Positions 27,865-40,988 of a stretch of 64,000 nucleotides of DNA are shown piece by piece. Location: NCBI GenBank assembly GCA_964016885.1, contig OZ024748.1:32240001-32304000 (forward strand), read 5' to 3'. How positions within the stretch are numbered: position 1 is the stretch's first letter; each line of letters opens with the position of its first letter. The notes beneath the pieces are model-generated. The model worked only from the letters and a program-made list of their open reading frames with translations. It searched no databases and was not told the DNA's origin. Both the position numbers and the translations under genes were made by a program. The stretch is from Eledone cirrhosa (Eukaryota).

Positions 27865-30800
27865 TGTTATACTTGGGGAGGGTCATATTTGTGTAATATT
27901 GCCAGAATTAATAACAGAACACACTCACTGTTTGGTTGGTTTTCGCTTCTGTGTCTTTTATATCGGTAATCTAATTTATTCGGTCCTCAATGTTGCCATT
28001 GACTGACCGACGGTCAAAAATAAGACAGATACAATATAGACACAAACACATATATATAGTTTATCAAAGTTCTTTCGTTGCACATCTGCAACATTGTCAG
28101 TGGTGCTATTGTTTCCTCCCGTTACATTGTATGTCTATGCCATTTTTATTTAGTCAGTCTATATATTTATTTGTTTGTTTGTTTGTTTATTTTATTTTGT
28201 CTTCTTTGCGCATGCGTTTGCGTGTGTGTATAGTGTTTTGTTTGATGTGTGTTTGTGATTGTATTCTATCTTTACTAGTGTGTGTTTATATGTGTTTGTT
28301 GTTATTGTGCTTGTGTATGTATTTATTTATCTTAGGTCAGTGTTGTTTGTTTGGGTGTTGTTGTTATTCCATTCATTCTTTCTGTTTAGTCTTGGCCTTC
28401 TAAGTTCTATTTCACTGGCCTCTCTGATTTGCCTATCTGCTGGGTCATTTCTATGTTTAGATATTATTCTAATTTCTATGTTGTCTATGTTACCGTCGTG
28501 TTGTTGTCTGGCATGTTCGTATAGTACTGACCCGTTTTTTCGTCCTTTTAGTTCCCCCCAGTGTTGGTCTATCCTTTCACCTATGCTACGAGCTGTCTCG
28601 CCTATGTATGTTGTTGTCATCTTTCTGCAAGTACCCTCTGTACATCTTATACTATAGACTACGTTTCTAGTTTTACAGTTTATCCGGGGGTTTACTTTAC
28701 ATATGATACATTTCCTATTAGTACAGTGGGTTTTCTTAAAAGGGTAGGTTTTGCTGATCAGGAATTTTATGGTGGTTCCTGGCTTTTCTACCGCCTTAAT
28801 CTTTAAGTGGGTCTTTCTCAGGGCCTTTCTACACTGGTTAGCTAATTCCCCTCCAGGGGTAGCGTCCACAAACATGACACTTTGGTATCTCTGGTTGTCG
28901 TACCATGAGGTGGCTTTCCCTATCTTATGTCTAGCCCTATCTAACCTATTCCATGATTTGCTCCTGTATAATGGGCAAATTCCTTTCATGTCCAGTTCTA
29001 TGGGGGTCTTATACTTCTCCATGGCTCCTTCGTATACTCTGACTGTCTCTTTGGTTGTAGCCAGAGAACTGCATGCAGTTGATGAAGTGTTGGATGTGTC
29101 TTTCCATTTCTGTTGGGTCGCAGATGCGAGACACATTCTTCATCACTCGTACCAAATCTGCGATCAGAATATTAAACTTAGCACTACTGGACATTGCTGA
29201 GTTTTTGAGTATCAGGTATTTGGAGGCCCTGGGTTTAGCATAGTGTGAGTGGAGAATTTGGGCTCTCTCGTCTATAGTGTTAATCCAGAGTTCCGTGTCT
29301 AATACAGGTAGTCTATTCTTAGGGTGTTTGGAAGGGAAGTCGATAGTTACAGTTATACTCTGGTGTATGGAATTAGCTATCTGCTGGATGCTTTCTATTG
29401 TGCTACGTTCTAAATCAAACTTGTTAGTGCTCTCTAATGGGGATGTTCTTATAACTATATTGATATCGTTTACGTAACGAGAGTACATGATGAGGTCTAT
29501 GGAGCTCTCATTAAGGAGATCTTTAAGTCTCCTTTCCCACCATACCATGAAAAGGTTGGCAACATCACCAGCTATGCTGACGCCAATGGCTGCTCCCTCA
29601 TTTTGGGTGTAGATCTTCTCGTTGAACTTGAATATGTGGCCCTTTAGGGTAGTTTTGATACTAGCCCCTATTGCATGTGCGACCATTTTTCTTACCTGAT
29701 CATTGTTTTGGGGGGTCCGTATAGCTTTGGTTCACCCAATCCACCTTCCCATGGGAGTCTTTTTTCCCATGGAGGTTATGGTGGGGGGTCTACCTCTTAT
29801 GGGTCTACTAGGGCAGAAACGTCTAAGGTCATGGCGGTCTAGGTAGTCAGTGTCGTAGGTAAGTCTAAGTAGGAGGCCCAGTTCGTCTGTGTCGACGTCG
29901 CAGAACTCCACCTCACTCTCAATGATCATCTCCACACATTTTTCCACAGCAAAATCAATGTTAATGGATGGGTACAGTGATACCACATCCATGCTGCCTA
30001 TTATGCAGTTGGATAGGTTCCTGTTTTTGTTGCACTCACTGATTCTGCTGAGGAGGTCCTCTGTACTGTCACATACATCTGGGAACATCTTGATTATGGG
30101 GCATATAACCATTGAGAGGAAGTAGGAGATCCTGTAGTTGCTAGCTATATTAGCTCCGCATACGGGTCTTGTTGGTGGTCCTGTTGTCGGGTCGTCGACT
30201 GTCTTGTGGTCTTTGCGGAGCCCACACAAGGGTGGTATGCCATTGTTAGACGCCTGGAAGTTGTTGGCAGTGCGTCTGCTTGGCTTTAGGATGTCAGTCC
30301 ACAGCATCATGTGAGCGTTGAGGATTTTCTCTCTCCCATCATGTGTTTGCTGTGCAATTTCGCTCGTGTTGGTGATGTGGGGTTGCATAGCCTTGATGTA
30401 GTTCGGCATGCTATCTTCTGACATCCTACCAGACTTATCCGTGGGTAGACATACTACCTCACCATCCCTTTTGCGCTGCTTGAGGCTAACCAAGTCTTCT
30501 ACAGGTTTCCTCCCAAGCTGTTGGGCCTCTGGTCTGCTGTCTCTTAGTATACCAGTCTACTATTTGTCTAATCTTATTTCTAGCTATGGTGAACTGTGCC
30601 TCTGTCTCATCTATTTGTTGCGGTATGCAAACTCTTTTATTAAAGGGTAACCTCGTAGGATAGATATTACCCATCTTATATGTTTTGTCAGCTGGGTTGA
30701 AAAATAGTTTCTCTAAGGGGTTGTCATTATATCTAACGTCATAGTTGTGTGTGTTGCTATTGTTGTTATCATGGTGGTTGTTGTTGTTCCTATCATTAGC

Positions 30801-30932
30801 ATTATTATTATTGTTATGATTGCTAGATGTATTGTTGTTTACTTCACCATTATTGTTGTTAGTTATTTCTACCATTGTGGTTGTTACTTTTATTATGTTT
30901 CTTGTTTTTGTTGCTACATGTATTATTTCCAT
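27863..30932 (-). mobile_element. Penelope-like retroelement (RT + GIY-YIG endonuclease), decayed; possibly Naiad-related clade
   Basis: ORF pieces 30486-30932, 29732-30493, 29009-29686 and 28327-29136. RT motifs PTDKSG, TRPVC, SMDVVSLYPSI, QNEGAAIG, and RYVND (catalytic DD altered). Cys-rich linker, then VYSIRC..YIGETARS..R..QH (GIY-YIG). Two frameshifts and one in-frame TGA. Flanked by TA tracts. The clade assignment is tentative. Confidence 0.9.
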
Positions 30933-31484
30933 TATATATATATAAATAAATATATATAAATATATATATATATAAATAAATAAATATATATATAAATAAA
31001 TATAAATATTTTAAAATATATTTTGTTATGCTGGCTAAATTATGCCCCAAATTCGAGGACTTTATTTAAACTCTTAACCTCTGCTCCCTCCTACCTTCAC
31101 CCCTTCCTCTATATCATGCTGGTTCGCCGCCAATCCCTTCCCCTCTCTCCAAATATAAAATAAATCCTGCAAGTACAAAACCTCAAAAATCGCCAACCCT
31201 ATTCAGGATAGGCTGCTATCATGGTGTAATGTAACGTACAAATATTTCTTCACTCTTCTCACCATTTTAATTCCTTAGTCCATTCATCATTCTGTATCAT
31301 TTCTCCCCGAATCCAATCTTTGCTTTTCTATTCGATAATTCTAGCGTATTTTTCAAAACAAATCTTTTATTATTGTTTTATGCTTGTTAAATTATGCCCA
31401 AAATACGGGGATCTTATTTAAACCTTAACCTTCTCGCTAACTACCCAATATCCCTCCCACCCGCCCCCATGCACCACCATTATT

Positions 31485-34400
31485 ATGTGGGCCAATCATA
31501 AGTCAGCGGCCTATGCTATCGCTTACTTGGTTGCCTTTCGATATGATGGATGGACTACGGAATTCTGGAGAGTTGAAAAGAAAAAATCTGGACGCTCAGT
31601 GACAATGCCAAAGATAAAGACAAATTCACCTCATGGACGAGAATGCAAGGACTCCTCCTCTTTGTTTCGGCCGTGGATGGCTAACATACCCCCCCCCCCC
31701 TGCGCCCCACCGCTCCCACCCTCCAAACGCAATCCAAAACTTCAGAGTTGGTACCATGAATGTAGGCACCTAGGTCGCTCTAACGAGGTTGTAGAAATGC
31801 TTGAACGTAAGGAGATCAATGTTTATTGTATTCAAGAGACCAAGTGGAGGGGTGGGTCTGCTAGATTCATCGTGGGTAAAGAATGATGCTATAAGCTTTT
31901 CTGGGTGGGAAATGACAATGGGCTGGGTGGAGTAGGAATCATGGTAGCAGAAAAGTGGGCAGATAAGATAATAGACGTAAATAGAGTGAACGACAGAATA
32001 ATTAAAATAAGACTTGTCCTCAATAGAACTACGGTGACAGTAATATCTGCGTACGCACCCCAATTCGGACTGCCCGGCACTATAAAAGACAGATTCTATG
32101 AGACACTGATGCTCACTACCTCCCAAATAACCGACAGTGACTATATAATTATTGCTGGCAACCTAAATGGTCACGTTGAACAACATTGTGACGGCTATGA
32201 CGGAATCCATGGAGGTTATGGGTTTGGTACGAGAAATGAGGAAGGCTCCAGAATCCTGGAATTCTGTGACACAAATAACCTAACTATCTGTAATACTAAC
32301 TTCAAAAAACGAGACAATCACTTGATCACCTATAGATCGGGGGAACACACAAGCCAGGTAGATTATATCCTTACCAGGAGACGTGACAGAGTGTCTGTTG
32401 TAAACACTAAATCCCTCCCCCATGAAGAATGCACGTCTCAACATGGACTCATAATTAGCGACCTCATAGTCAGGACGAGACGTATTCGACAACAGAAGAG
32501 GACTATCCTCAGGAGAAAAATATGGAAATTAAAGGACCCCACAGCCAGTCATAATTTTAAAAGCATATTACTTGATGTTTTTGATAGTAAGGAAGAGCAA
32601 TTAGAGTTGTACAATATAGAGGAACAGTGGGAATTCCTGAAAGCTAACCTGCTGAAGGCGACAGATGAAACCTGTGGCTGGAGCAGGCCTATAGGCAGGA
32701 GGAGAGTAACTTGGTGGTGGAACAGTAAGGTGGAGAGGTCAATCAAGGCTAAAAAGCAGGCTTGGAAAGCATGGCGGGATGGGGGAAGTAGAGAAGACTA
32801 TCAAGTGGCCAGGAGGGAAGCTAGGAGACAAGTGTACTTCGCAAGAAGGGAAGCAGAGGAAAGAAAGTTCAAGCATGTTCTACAACGCGAGGACCAAAAA
32901 CGCGAGGTGTTCAGGATTGCTAGGCAATGTGTCAAGGAAAACAGTGATATTGTCGGGGAGAAGTGTGTCCTAAATGATGATGGTGTATTTGTCATCACTG
33001 ACACTGATAAGAAGATAGCTTGGAAGTGTCACTACGAAAGGCTACTAAATGAGGGGAATAATTGGGAGAAAGACAGTCTCCCCCACATCGACCCAATAGA
33101 GGGACCAGCAGTGCAAGTTGAAGGTAGTATAATAAGTAAGGCGATCAAAGACATGAAGACGGGCAAGGTGGTTGGGCCTTCGTAAATAGTTGCCGAAATG
33201 CTGAAAGCTTCTGGAACGGTGGGACACACTATGGTCACCCGGATAGTCAACCAAGTCATACAGAATGGGGTCATTCCGAAGGACTGGCGCAGCAGCATCC
33301 TCATTAACTGCTACAAGGGTAAACTATAGAGGTATTAATATAGATAGGGGAAACTATAGAGGTATTAAATTAATTGACCAGGTCATGAAGGTCACAGAAA
33401 AAGTAATAGCGCAGCTAATCAGAGAGCGAATTGATCTAGACAAAATGCAGTTCGGGTTTGTGTCAGGTAAAGGTACAACAGACGCTCTTTTCATTGTACG
33501 ACAACTACAGGAGAAGTACCTAGCTAAAAGTAAACCCCTATACTTAGCTTTTGTTGACTTGGAGAAAGCCTTTGACAGAGTACCCCGTTCGATTATCTGG
33601 TGGGCCCTTAGAAAACTAGGTGTTGATGAATGGCTTGTGAGAGCTATACAAGCCATGTATAAAGAAACAGTCAGCAAGGTTAGAATTAACAACGAATATA
33701 GTGAAGAGTTTAGCGTAAAAGTTGGTGTTCATCAGGGCTCCGTCCTTAGCCCCCTACTATTTATTATTGCCCTTCAGGCTATAACAGAGGAGTTCAAGAC
33801 TGGCTGCCCATGGGAACTTCTATATGTAGATGATCTAACGCTCATAGCTGAATCAATGGCTGAACTAGAGAAGAAATTCCAAACATGGAAGCATGGCCTA
33901 GAATCAAAAGGCCTTAAAGTTAACTTGTCTAAGACTAAAGTTCTAGTTTGTAGGAAGGAAAATAGGGCATCGGTCCCATCTGGGAAATGGCCATGCTCAG
34001 TGTGTAGGAAAGGAGTAGGTAGAAACTCCATTTTATGTCCCAAATGCAAAGTATGGGTACATAAAAGATGTAGTGGGATCACAGGTAAGCTAACTAAGAA
34101 GATAGATTTTATATGTGGCCGGTGATCTGGTGCAATAAGTAGCAGCAAGTACCCACAGAATACTAACTCATTCTATTGCACAGATGGTTCTATAGAAATA
34201 GTGGACAGCTTCCGTTACCTGGGTGACAAAATCAGCAGTGGGGGAGGGTGCTCTGAAAGTACAGTAGCTAGAGTCAGAACGGGATGGAGAAAGTTCAGAG
34301 AGCTTATACCACTATTGGCCGCTAAAGGGTTCTCTCTAAAAATGAAAGGCAGGCTGTATGATGCCTGCATACGAACAGCAATGTTACTGGCAGGGAGACC

Positions 34401-35169
34401 TAGGCATTGTGTGCAGAGGATATACGCAGACTGGAGAGAAACGAAGCTTGCATGCTCCACTGGATGTGTAATAGTAATATACGTGAACGGCAAAGCATAG
34501 ACACACTAAGGGAGAAATTAGAAATAAGAGGGATCAGATGTTGTTTACTCGAGAGAACACTACGTTGGTATGGTCACGTGATGCACATGAAAGACGACAG
34601 CTGTATAAAAAAGTGCAGGGCAATAAAAATAGACGGTAGCCACGGAGTAGGCACACCCAGAAAAACCTGGGACAACTTGATAAATTCCGACCTCACACAC
34701 TTACACCTCTCCAAGACAATGTCACTGGACCGAGATCTTTGGCGCTACACAGTAATACAGAAGACCTGCCTTACCTAAGTGCAAAGTGAAACCTACTACA
34801 GTCAGTAGGCACTTCTAACAAAATACACCCCCGTCCCACTACCCCCACCCCATCCACACCACCCCTTTCAATGTAAAGTTATATTGGTACCACAACATCC
34901 AGCCCGAAACAAACGAGGTCGTGTAGGTGTCACGACAAAAAAACACACAGTCCACGCTGTAATGTGACTGTGTAGGTAACACGGTAAAAACCTCCCAGTT
35001 CCACACTGTAAATATGGTTGGTGTTAGGAAGGGCATCCAGCCGTAGAAAACCCGCCAGACAGTCCTATACGAGCAAAACAACCACTCTTGCCTCAAGTGG
35101 GAAAACTCCCGTCCAAACCCATGCGAGCGTGGAATATGGACGTTAAACGATGATGATGATGATGATGAT
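31485..35169 (+). mobile_element. Near full-length RTE-clade LINE (APE endonuclease + RT + Cys/His finger), disrupted
   Basis: CIQETKW, ISAYAPQ, GNLNGHV and SQVDYIL (APE); FVDLEKAFDRVP, GVHQGSVLSPLLF and LLYVDDL (RT); LRWYGHV..R; 3' UTR ending in (GAT)n. Stops and frameshifts near 31886, 33185, 34125 and 34400. The 5' boundary is approximate. Confidence 0.93.
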
Positions 35170-35271
35170 ATATATATATAAATAAATATATATAAATATA
35201 TATATATATATAAATAAATATATATATAAATAAATATATATATATATAAATAAATATATATATATATATAA

Positions 35272-37103
35272 AAGTGTCCGGAATGATGGCGGTGTACTTA
35301 GTGTCACGAATGATCAGAAAAAGGAGGCCTGGAAATGTCATTATGAGAGACTGATGAATGTGGAGAATGAATGGGAGAGAGAGAAATTACCCTCACTAGA
35401 TCCGACAGAGGGACCAGCTATTGAGATTGACGAATATAGGGTTCAAGAGGCGATTAAGGAAATGAGAAATGGTAAGGCTGCTGGACCGTCGGGGATAGTT
35501 GCTGAGATGCTGAAGGTATCAGGGTATGTAGGCACTAAACTGGTTGTACGCATCATCAATCAGGCTAGATATGGTGGTGGCATACCCAAAGACTGGTGCA
35601 GCAGTATTCTCATAACTTGCTACAAAGGTAAAGGGGATGCTCTGGAAAGGAGCAAATATAGGGGTATAACACTGATGGATCAGGTTATGAAAGTGGCAGA
35701 AAGAATATTAGCACAACTAATCAGAGAAATGGTCAAACTAGATGAGATGCTGTTTGGTTATGTGCCTGGGAAGAGTACAACATATGCCCTTTTCTTGGTG
35801 AGACAATTGCAAGAGAGGTTCTTAGAGAAAAATAAGCCACTATACTTAACCTTTGTTGACCTAGAGAAGGCCTTTGATAGGGTACCCCGATCTGTCATCT
35901 GGTGGTCCCTAAGGAAACTAGGTGTTGTGGAATGGCTTGTGAGGACAGTGCAAACTTTGTACAGAGGTGGTGTCAGTAAAGTCAGTGTAGGAATGGAGTT
36001 TAATGAGGAATTCCAGATAAAAGTAGAAGTACATCAAGGTTCGATCCTCAGCCTGCTCTTGTTCATTATAGTCCTCCAAGCCATAACAGAGGAGTGTAAG
36101 ACTGGCTGTCCATGGGAACTTCTCTATGCTGACGATCTGGTTCTTATAGCAGAATCAGTACAGGAACTAGAGAATAAATTCTGGCTATGGAAACAGTAGT
36201 TGGAACCAAGAGGCCTAAGAGTGAACATAGCTAAAACAAAAGTGTTGATAAGTAGAAGAGAGAACAATACTCTGATTCCGTCAGGGAAATGGCCATGTTC
36301 GATATGTAGGAAAGGAACTGTCATAAATTCCATAAAATATACGCATTGCAGATCTTGGGTGCACAAGCGATGTAGTGGGATAGCAGGCAAACTAACAGGT
36401 AGGGAAAACTACGTATGCAGTAGATGTACAGGGAAAGTTGTCAGTAGTAATCGCAGTGATAGACACATTTTTTTAAATACAGGTGGGTTCTATAGAAGTG
36501 GGTGATAGCTTCCGGTACCTAGGTGATCAGATTAGCATGGGAGGGGGTGTTCCGAGGCCATAGTATCCAGAATAAGGACAGGTTGGAAGAAGTTTAGGGA
36601 GCTGCTTTCTCTGTTGACAAAGAAGGGTTTCTCCCTGCATACGAAAGGACGGTTATATGATGCCTGTGTGAGATGCCTGCGTGAGACATGGGTAGCAACT
36701 GCAAAGGATATGTGACGGTTGGAGAGAAATGAAGCAAGCATGCTCCGTTGGATGTGCAATGTCAATGTGCGTGAATGACCAGGCATAGACGAGTTGAGAA
36801 AGAAACTGGGTATAAGAGGGATAAGTTGTGGTGTGCAGGAGAGAAGACTGAGATGGTATGGACATGTGATGCGCATGGAGGATGACCGCTGGTTAAAGAA
36901 TTGCCAAGAAATCCCAGTTGAAGGAAGAGACAGTAGAGGAAGACCACGAAAAAGATGGGCGGAGGTGGTGAGAGCAGACCTCAGATCGCTGAAACTCACC
37001 GAGGAGATGACGGAGGATTGTGACAAGTGGAGAGATGCTGTGCTGAATAGGACCTGTCCCCCCTTGCAAGCAGGGAAAAGCAGACGTAAAATGATGATGA
37101 TGA
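35272..37103 (+). mobile_element. 5'-truncated RTE LINE (second subfamily), disrupted
   Basis: ORFs 35354-36199, 36200-36505 and 36794-37150 with DLEKAFD, HQGSILS, LLYADDL, LRWYGHVMR and GRPRKRW; (GAT)n tail. Confidence 0.92.
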
Positions 37104-37736
37104 TATATATATATATACTAGTATTCAAGTGTTTAGGGAGAGACCAATAACATTGTTAGAACTCATTGCAGCCTTGAAGAGATGGTTTCAACAACATTGG
37201 ATGGTGAAAGTTATAGTTTTTGTAGTAGGATCTCATCACATAAGGTTCCTTCAAAGATTTTTCTAGAGTTACAGAGTCATTTATATATATGTGTGTTTTG
37301 AACAATGAACATAAAACTAGAGACAAAGATATGTTCTTAATTAGTTCATTGTTTTACAATCATTTCAAAGGTTTGATTGATCATGATAGATTGATATATT
37401 GACAAACAGGTAGTTGTCATGTCAATAACTATTTCTAGTCTCAAAATCCCTGATGAGTCCCACCATATCAATATATTGATTTTCCATGATCAATCAACCC
37501 TCTGAAACTATCATAAAACAATGAACCATATCTCAGACTTTTGTTTTATTTTCAATGTTCAATACCCACAAGCACACATGTATAATTGACAATTTCTTTG
37601 GAATAATTGATAAGACTTGTGGCTGGAACAAAGTACTAGCCAGACAGAGGGTGACCTAGTGGTGAAACAGCACAGTAGATAGAGCTTTTAACCCTGTAAC
37701 ATTTACATTACTCTATATTTACTATTATATTTTCAC

Positions 37737-37925
37737 GGCGGTGAATTGGCAGTATCGGTAGAGGGTCGGACGCCATGCTTTGACACATAGAGTTACGGCC
37801 CTTGCTATTCTGAGTTCAAATCGCGCCGAGGTTAACTTTGCCTTTCATCCTTACGGGGTCGATAAAATAAAGTACCAGTAATACACTGGGAAATTGCTGG
37901 CCTTGTGCCAAAAGTAGAAACAATT
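37737..37925 (+). mobile_element. tRNA-derived SINE with Meta-like domain
   Basis: A-box tggcagtatcgg, B-box gagttcaaatc, then gcctttcatccttacggggtcgataaaataaagtaccag. Four copies in the window. Confidence 0.75.
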
Positions 37926-38019
37926 ATATTTTCATGGTAAAGTCTCTATCTCATATAATATTGACTCTATGAGACTTTGATATTACTTATTTTGAGGACA
38001 ATACATTAACATCAATATG

Positions 38020-39472
38020 AGCAGCGAGTTACAGCCGGTTTGAACAGAAAGAAGTGAGAGAATTCTGGCTGGATATGACCAGTTTAAATGATAAAGGGTT
38101 AAAGATAAGTGACAGGCATGGAAAGACTGGAAAAATAGGGGTGTCAGACCAGGACCAGGTAGCTAAGAGAGAAGCTAGAAGACAGGTGCACATAACACAG
38201 AGAGAGGCTGAAAAAAGAAAGTTTGCCAATATCTTGAGACGTGTGAAGTGTTCCACATTGCAAGACAGGGAAAGGTGTATTAGAAATGACACTGGTACAC
38301 TTAGCACCACTGATGCTCAAAAGAAAGAGGCCTGGAAATGTTACTATGAGAGATTGATGAATGTAGAGAATGAATTAAGAAGCAATCTTAGACTTTTGCT
38401 TTATGTTCATTGTTCAACACACATACACATATAATTGACATTCTCTTTGGAATTACTGATGAAACTTCTTAGTGACAACTACAAGAGAGGTTCCTAGCCA
38501 AGATTAAGCTGCAATATTTAGCTTTTATAGATCTAGAAAAGGCCTTTGGCAGAGTACCTTACTCTGTTATCTGGTGGTCCTTCAGAAAATTAGGTGAAGA
38601 ATGGCTTGTGAGAGCAGTGCAAGCCATGTACAGAGGAGCTGTCAGTAAAGTGAGAGTAGGAAGGAGTTTATTGAGTAATTCAATGTACAGGTAGGTGTTC
38701 ATCATGGTTCAGTTCACAACCCACTGCTGTTCATCATATTTCTCCAGGCCATGACCAATGGGTTTAAGACTGGCTGTTCACGGGAAACAGTCTATGTGAA
38801 TGATCTGGTCCTTATAGCTGAATCCATAAAAGAACTAGAGAATAAGTGACCCTACTGCATATGTATAAAAGGAGTAAGCAAAAACTGTACACAATGATAG
38901 CTTCCGCAATCTAGGTAACCTAATTAGCAGCGAAGGACGGTGCTTTGTTAGAGAGCTACTTCCACTGTCGGCAAATAAAAGTTTCTCCTACGTACAAAAA
39001 TTTTGGCTGTACAATGCCTGTGTGTAAAGTGCAATACTGCAAGGAAGTGAAACATGGGCAGTAACTGCAGAAGATATGCATAAGCTGGAGAGAAATAGAG
39101 CAACCATGCTTCGTCGGATGTGCAACGTAAATGTGAGAGGAAGGCAGAGCTTGGATAAATTGAGGAAGAAATTGGATTTCAGAGGAAACCGAAGTGGTGT
39201 GCAAGAGAGAAGACTGCTTTGGTACGGATATGTGATATGCATGGATGGTGATCACTGGTTAAAGAGGTGCCACGGAATACCAGAAGAGGGAAGCCATACT
39301 AGAGGTAGACCAAGGAAGACCAGGGTAGATGTGGTGAGAGCTGATCTCAAATTGCTGAGACTCACAGAGAAAATGATGAAGGAACAAGCGAATGGGGAGA
39401 TGTTGTGCTTAAAAAAACCCATCCAGCCCATGCCAGGATTGAAAAACGGACGTCAAGCTATGATGATGTAGA
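38020..39472 (+). mobile_element. Degraded RTE LINE fragments
   Basis: KREARRQV, KKEAWKCYYERLMNVEN, DLEKAF, ERRLLWYG and GRPRK; heavily deleted. Confidence 0.8.
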
Positions 39473-40565
39473 TGAAGTAAATTAAATCAAAATAGATTTA
39501 GACTAAAACGAACAAAACTTCCCAGAAACAACAAGGTACAGCTAAATATAAAATATATTTTATAATCTAAGGTAGTGAACCGCATAATTAAATAGACGGA
39601 GGTAATTTAAATAATAAAGATATCTTTAATTTACTTAAAGCAATAACAAGGTACAGCTAAATATAAACTATATTTTATAATGTCAGGTAGTGAACAAGAT
39701 AATTAAATAGACAGAGGTAGTTTAAATAATAAAGACAGTCATGATAATATATTTTATATCACATATAACAGTGGAATCTGGTTAATTACTGGATCGTTGT
39801 AGGGTTCACGTAATTATATTATTTACACACATTAATATAGACATTAAGTATATCTTTGTCAACTTACCTCCTTCAAATATAATCAATGTGTTGTGTTGTT
39901 AGGTTTTACTAAACAACCAAAGAAATAATATCTTTGTTATCAAATTATAAGTTTCAAAGATGTTATCTGCTTTATTTCACGATATTAACGTTGGTGTATC
40001 TTCTTCATCTTTAGTCATAAATTGCTATCTTGTCAAAATGAAGTAGTGAGGCTGACTTTATGTCTTTAGCTACAGATTTGATGGGAAATATATATTTATT
40101 AGGTTGATATGTGGTCTAAAATATATATATATATTGTCTATAAATGACTGAAAGCAGATGCTCTGGTGAAATAGTAGTTTTACTACTACAGATTGTAATG
40201 GAACTCTTAGTAGACACAATTGTAAAGTAAGAATAGATATGACAATGTAAGACTGATGTCAGGGAATTAAAATTGTGTATATATATATATATATATATAA
40301 TTGTTACATAATATATAATTAGATTAATTAAAGTTATAATGAAGACAGCAGGTACTCGGTGTCGTTGACAATGTTTCAACTCTTGTACCGGTGTCATACG
40401 TTAAAAGTACCTGATATAATTTAATACCTTCAGACACAGTTCCACTCGTATTTAATTGATTGTAAATCAGAAAGTATCACTCAGTAAAATATCAATTATA
40501 TATCAATAATAAAACCTCTACGTAGTCTCTCTAACTGCTAGAAATAGCAGTGATATTATCCATTG
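38393..40565 (+). repeat. ~2.1-kb segmental duplication, copy 1 (copy 2 at about 59350-61405)
   Basis: Colinear match from ttttgctttatgttcattgttca through the same deleted RTE remnant and the AT-rich flank to ctagaaatagcag..atattatccatt. Confidence 0.85.
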
Positions 40566-40801
40566 CAACTTTTGTTTAAAATCTCCAAAATTTAGTTATA
40601 CAATCAACAGCAAATCTTTTGTATAGACTTCGGAATAAACTGGAAGACCGTCAAAATATCATTCTCCCTCTTGTATATATATATATACATTTAGGTTTGT
40701 TGGTTCACCATTCCGTATAGTCAACCTTGATGTAATATTAGGGAGAGCACTCGACATAATCCTATATTTCAGGTTATTGTTATCATGACTGTCTTTATTA
40801 T

Positions 40802-40975
40802 TTGGCATATCGGTAGAGAGTTGGATGCCATGTTTTCCAGCAGAGTTACGTCCCTTTACGGTGTGAGTTCAAATCCCGTTGAGGTTAACTTTGCCTTTCA
40901 TCCTTACGGTGTCGACAAAATAAAGTACCAGTAATGCAGTAATTGCTGGCCTTATGCCAAAAGTAAAAACAATTA
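40802..40975 (+). mobile_element. Meta-like SINE copy
   Basis: Same head, B-box and gcctttcatccttacgg core as the copy at 37737. Confidence 0.7.
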
Positions 40976-40988
40976 TTTAAAATACCAC

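Noticed and set aside
27737-28806. Plus-strand ORFs rich in Ile/Tyr or Cys/Val/Leu
   Set aside because: They are translations of (TA)n tracts or of the antisense strand of the PLE.
29732-29734. In-frame TGA joining two PLE ORF pieces read as selenocysteine
   Set aside because: The context RWIG*TKA fits a TGG-to-TGA mutation, the copy has other disabling lesions, and no SECIS element was identified.
37450-37515. ctgatgag...gaaa as an intact hammerhead
   Set aside because: Stems I-III could not be paired convincingly around the core.
37737-37825. tRNA gene
   Set aside because: A and B boxes are present, but it continues into a SINE body, occurs in four diverged copies and lacks a proper cloverleaf.
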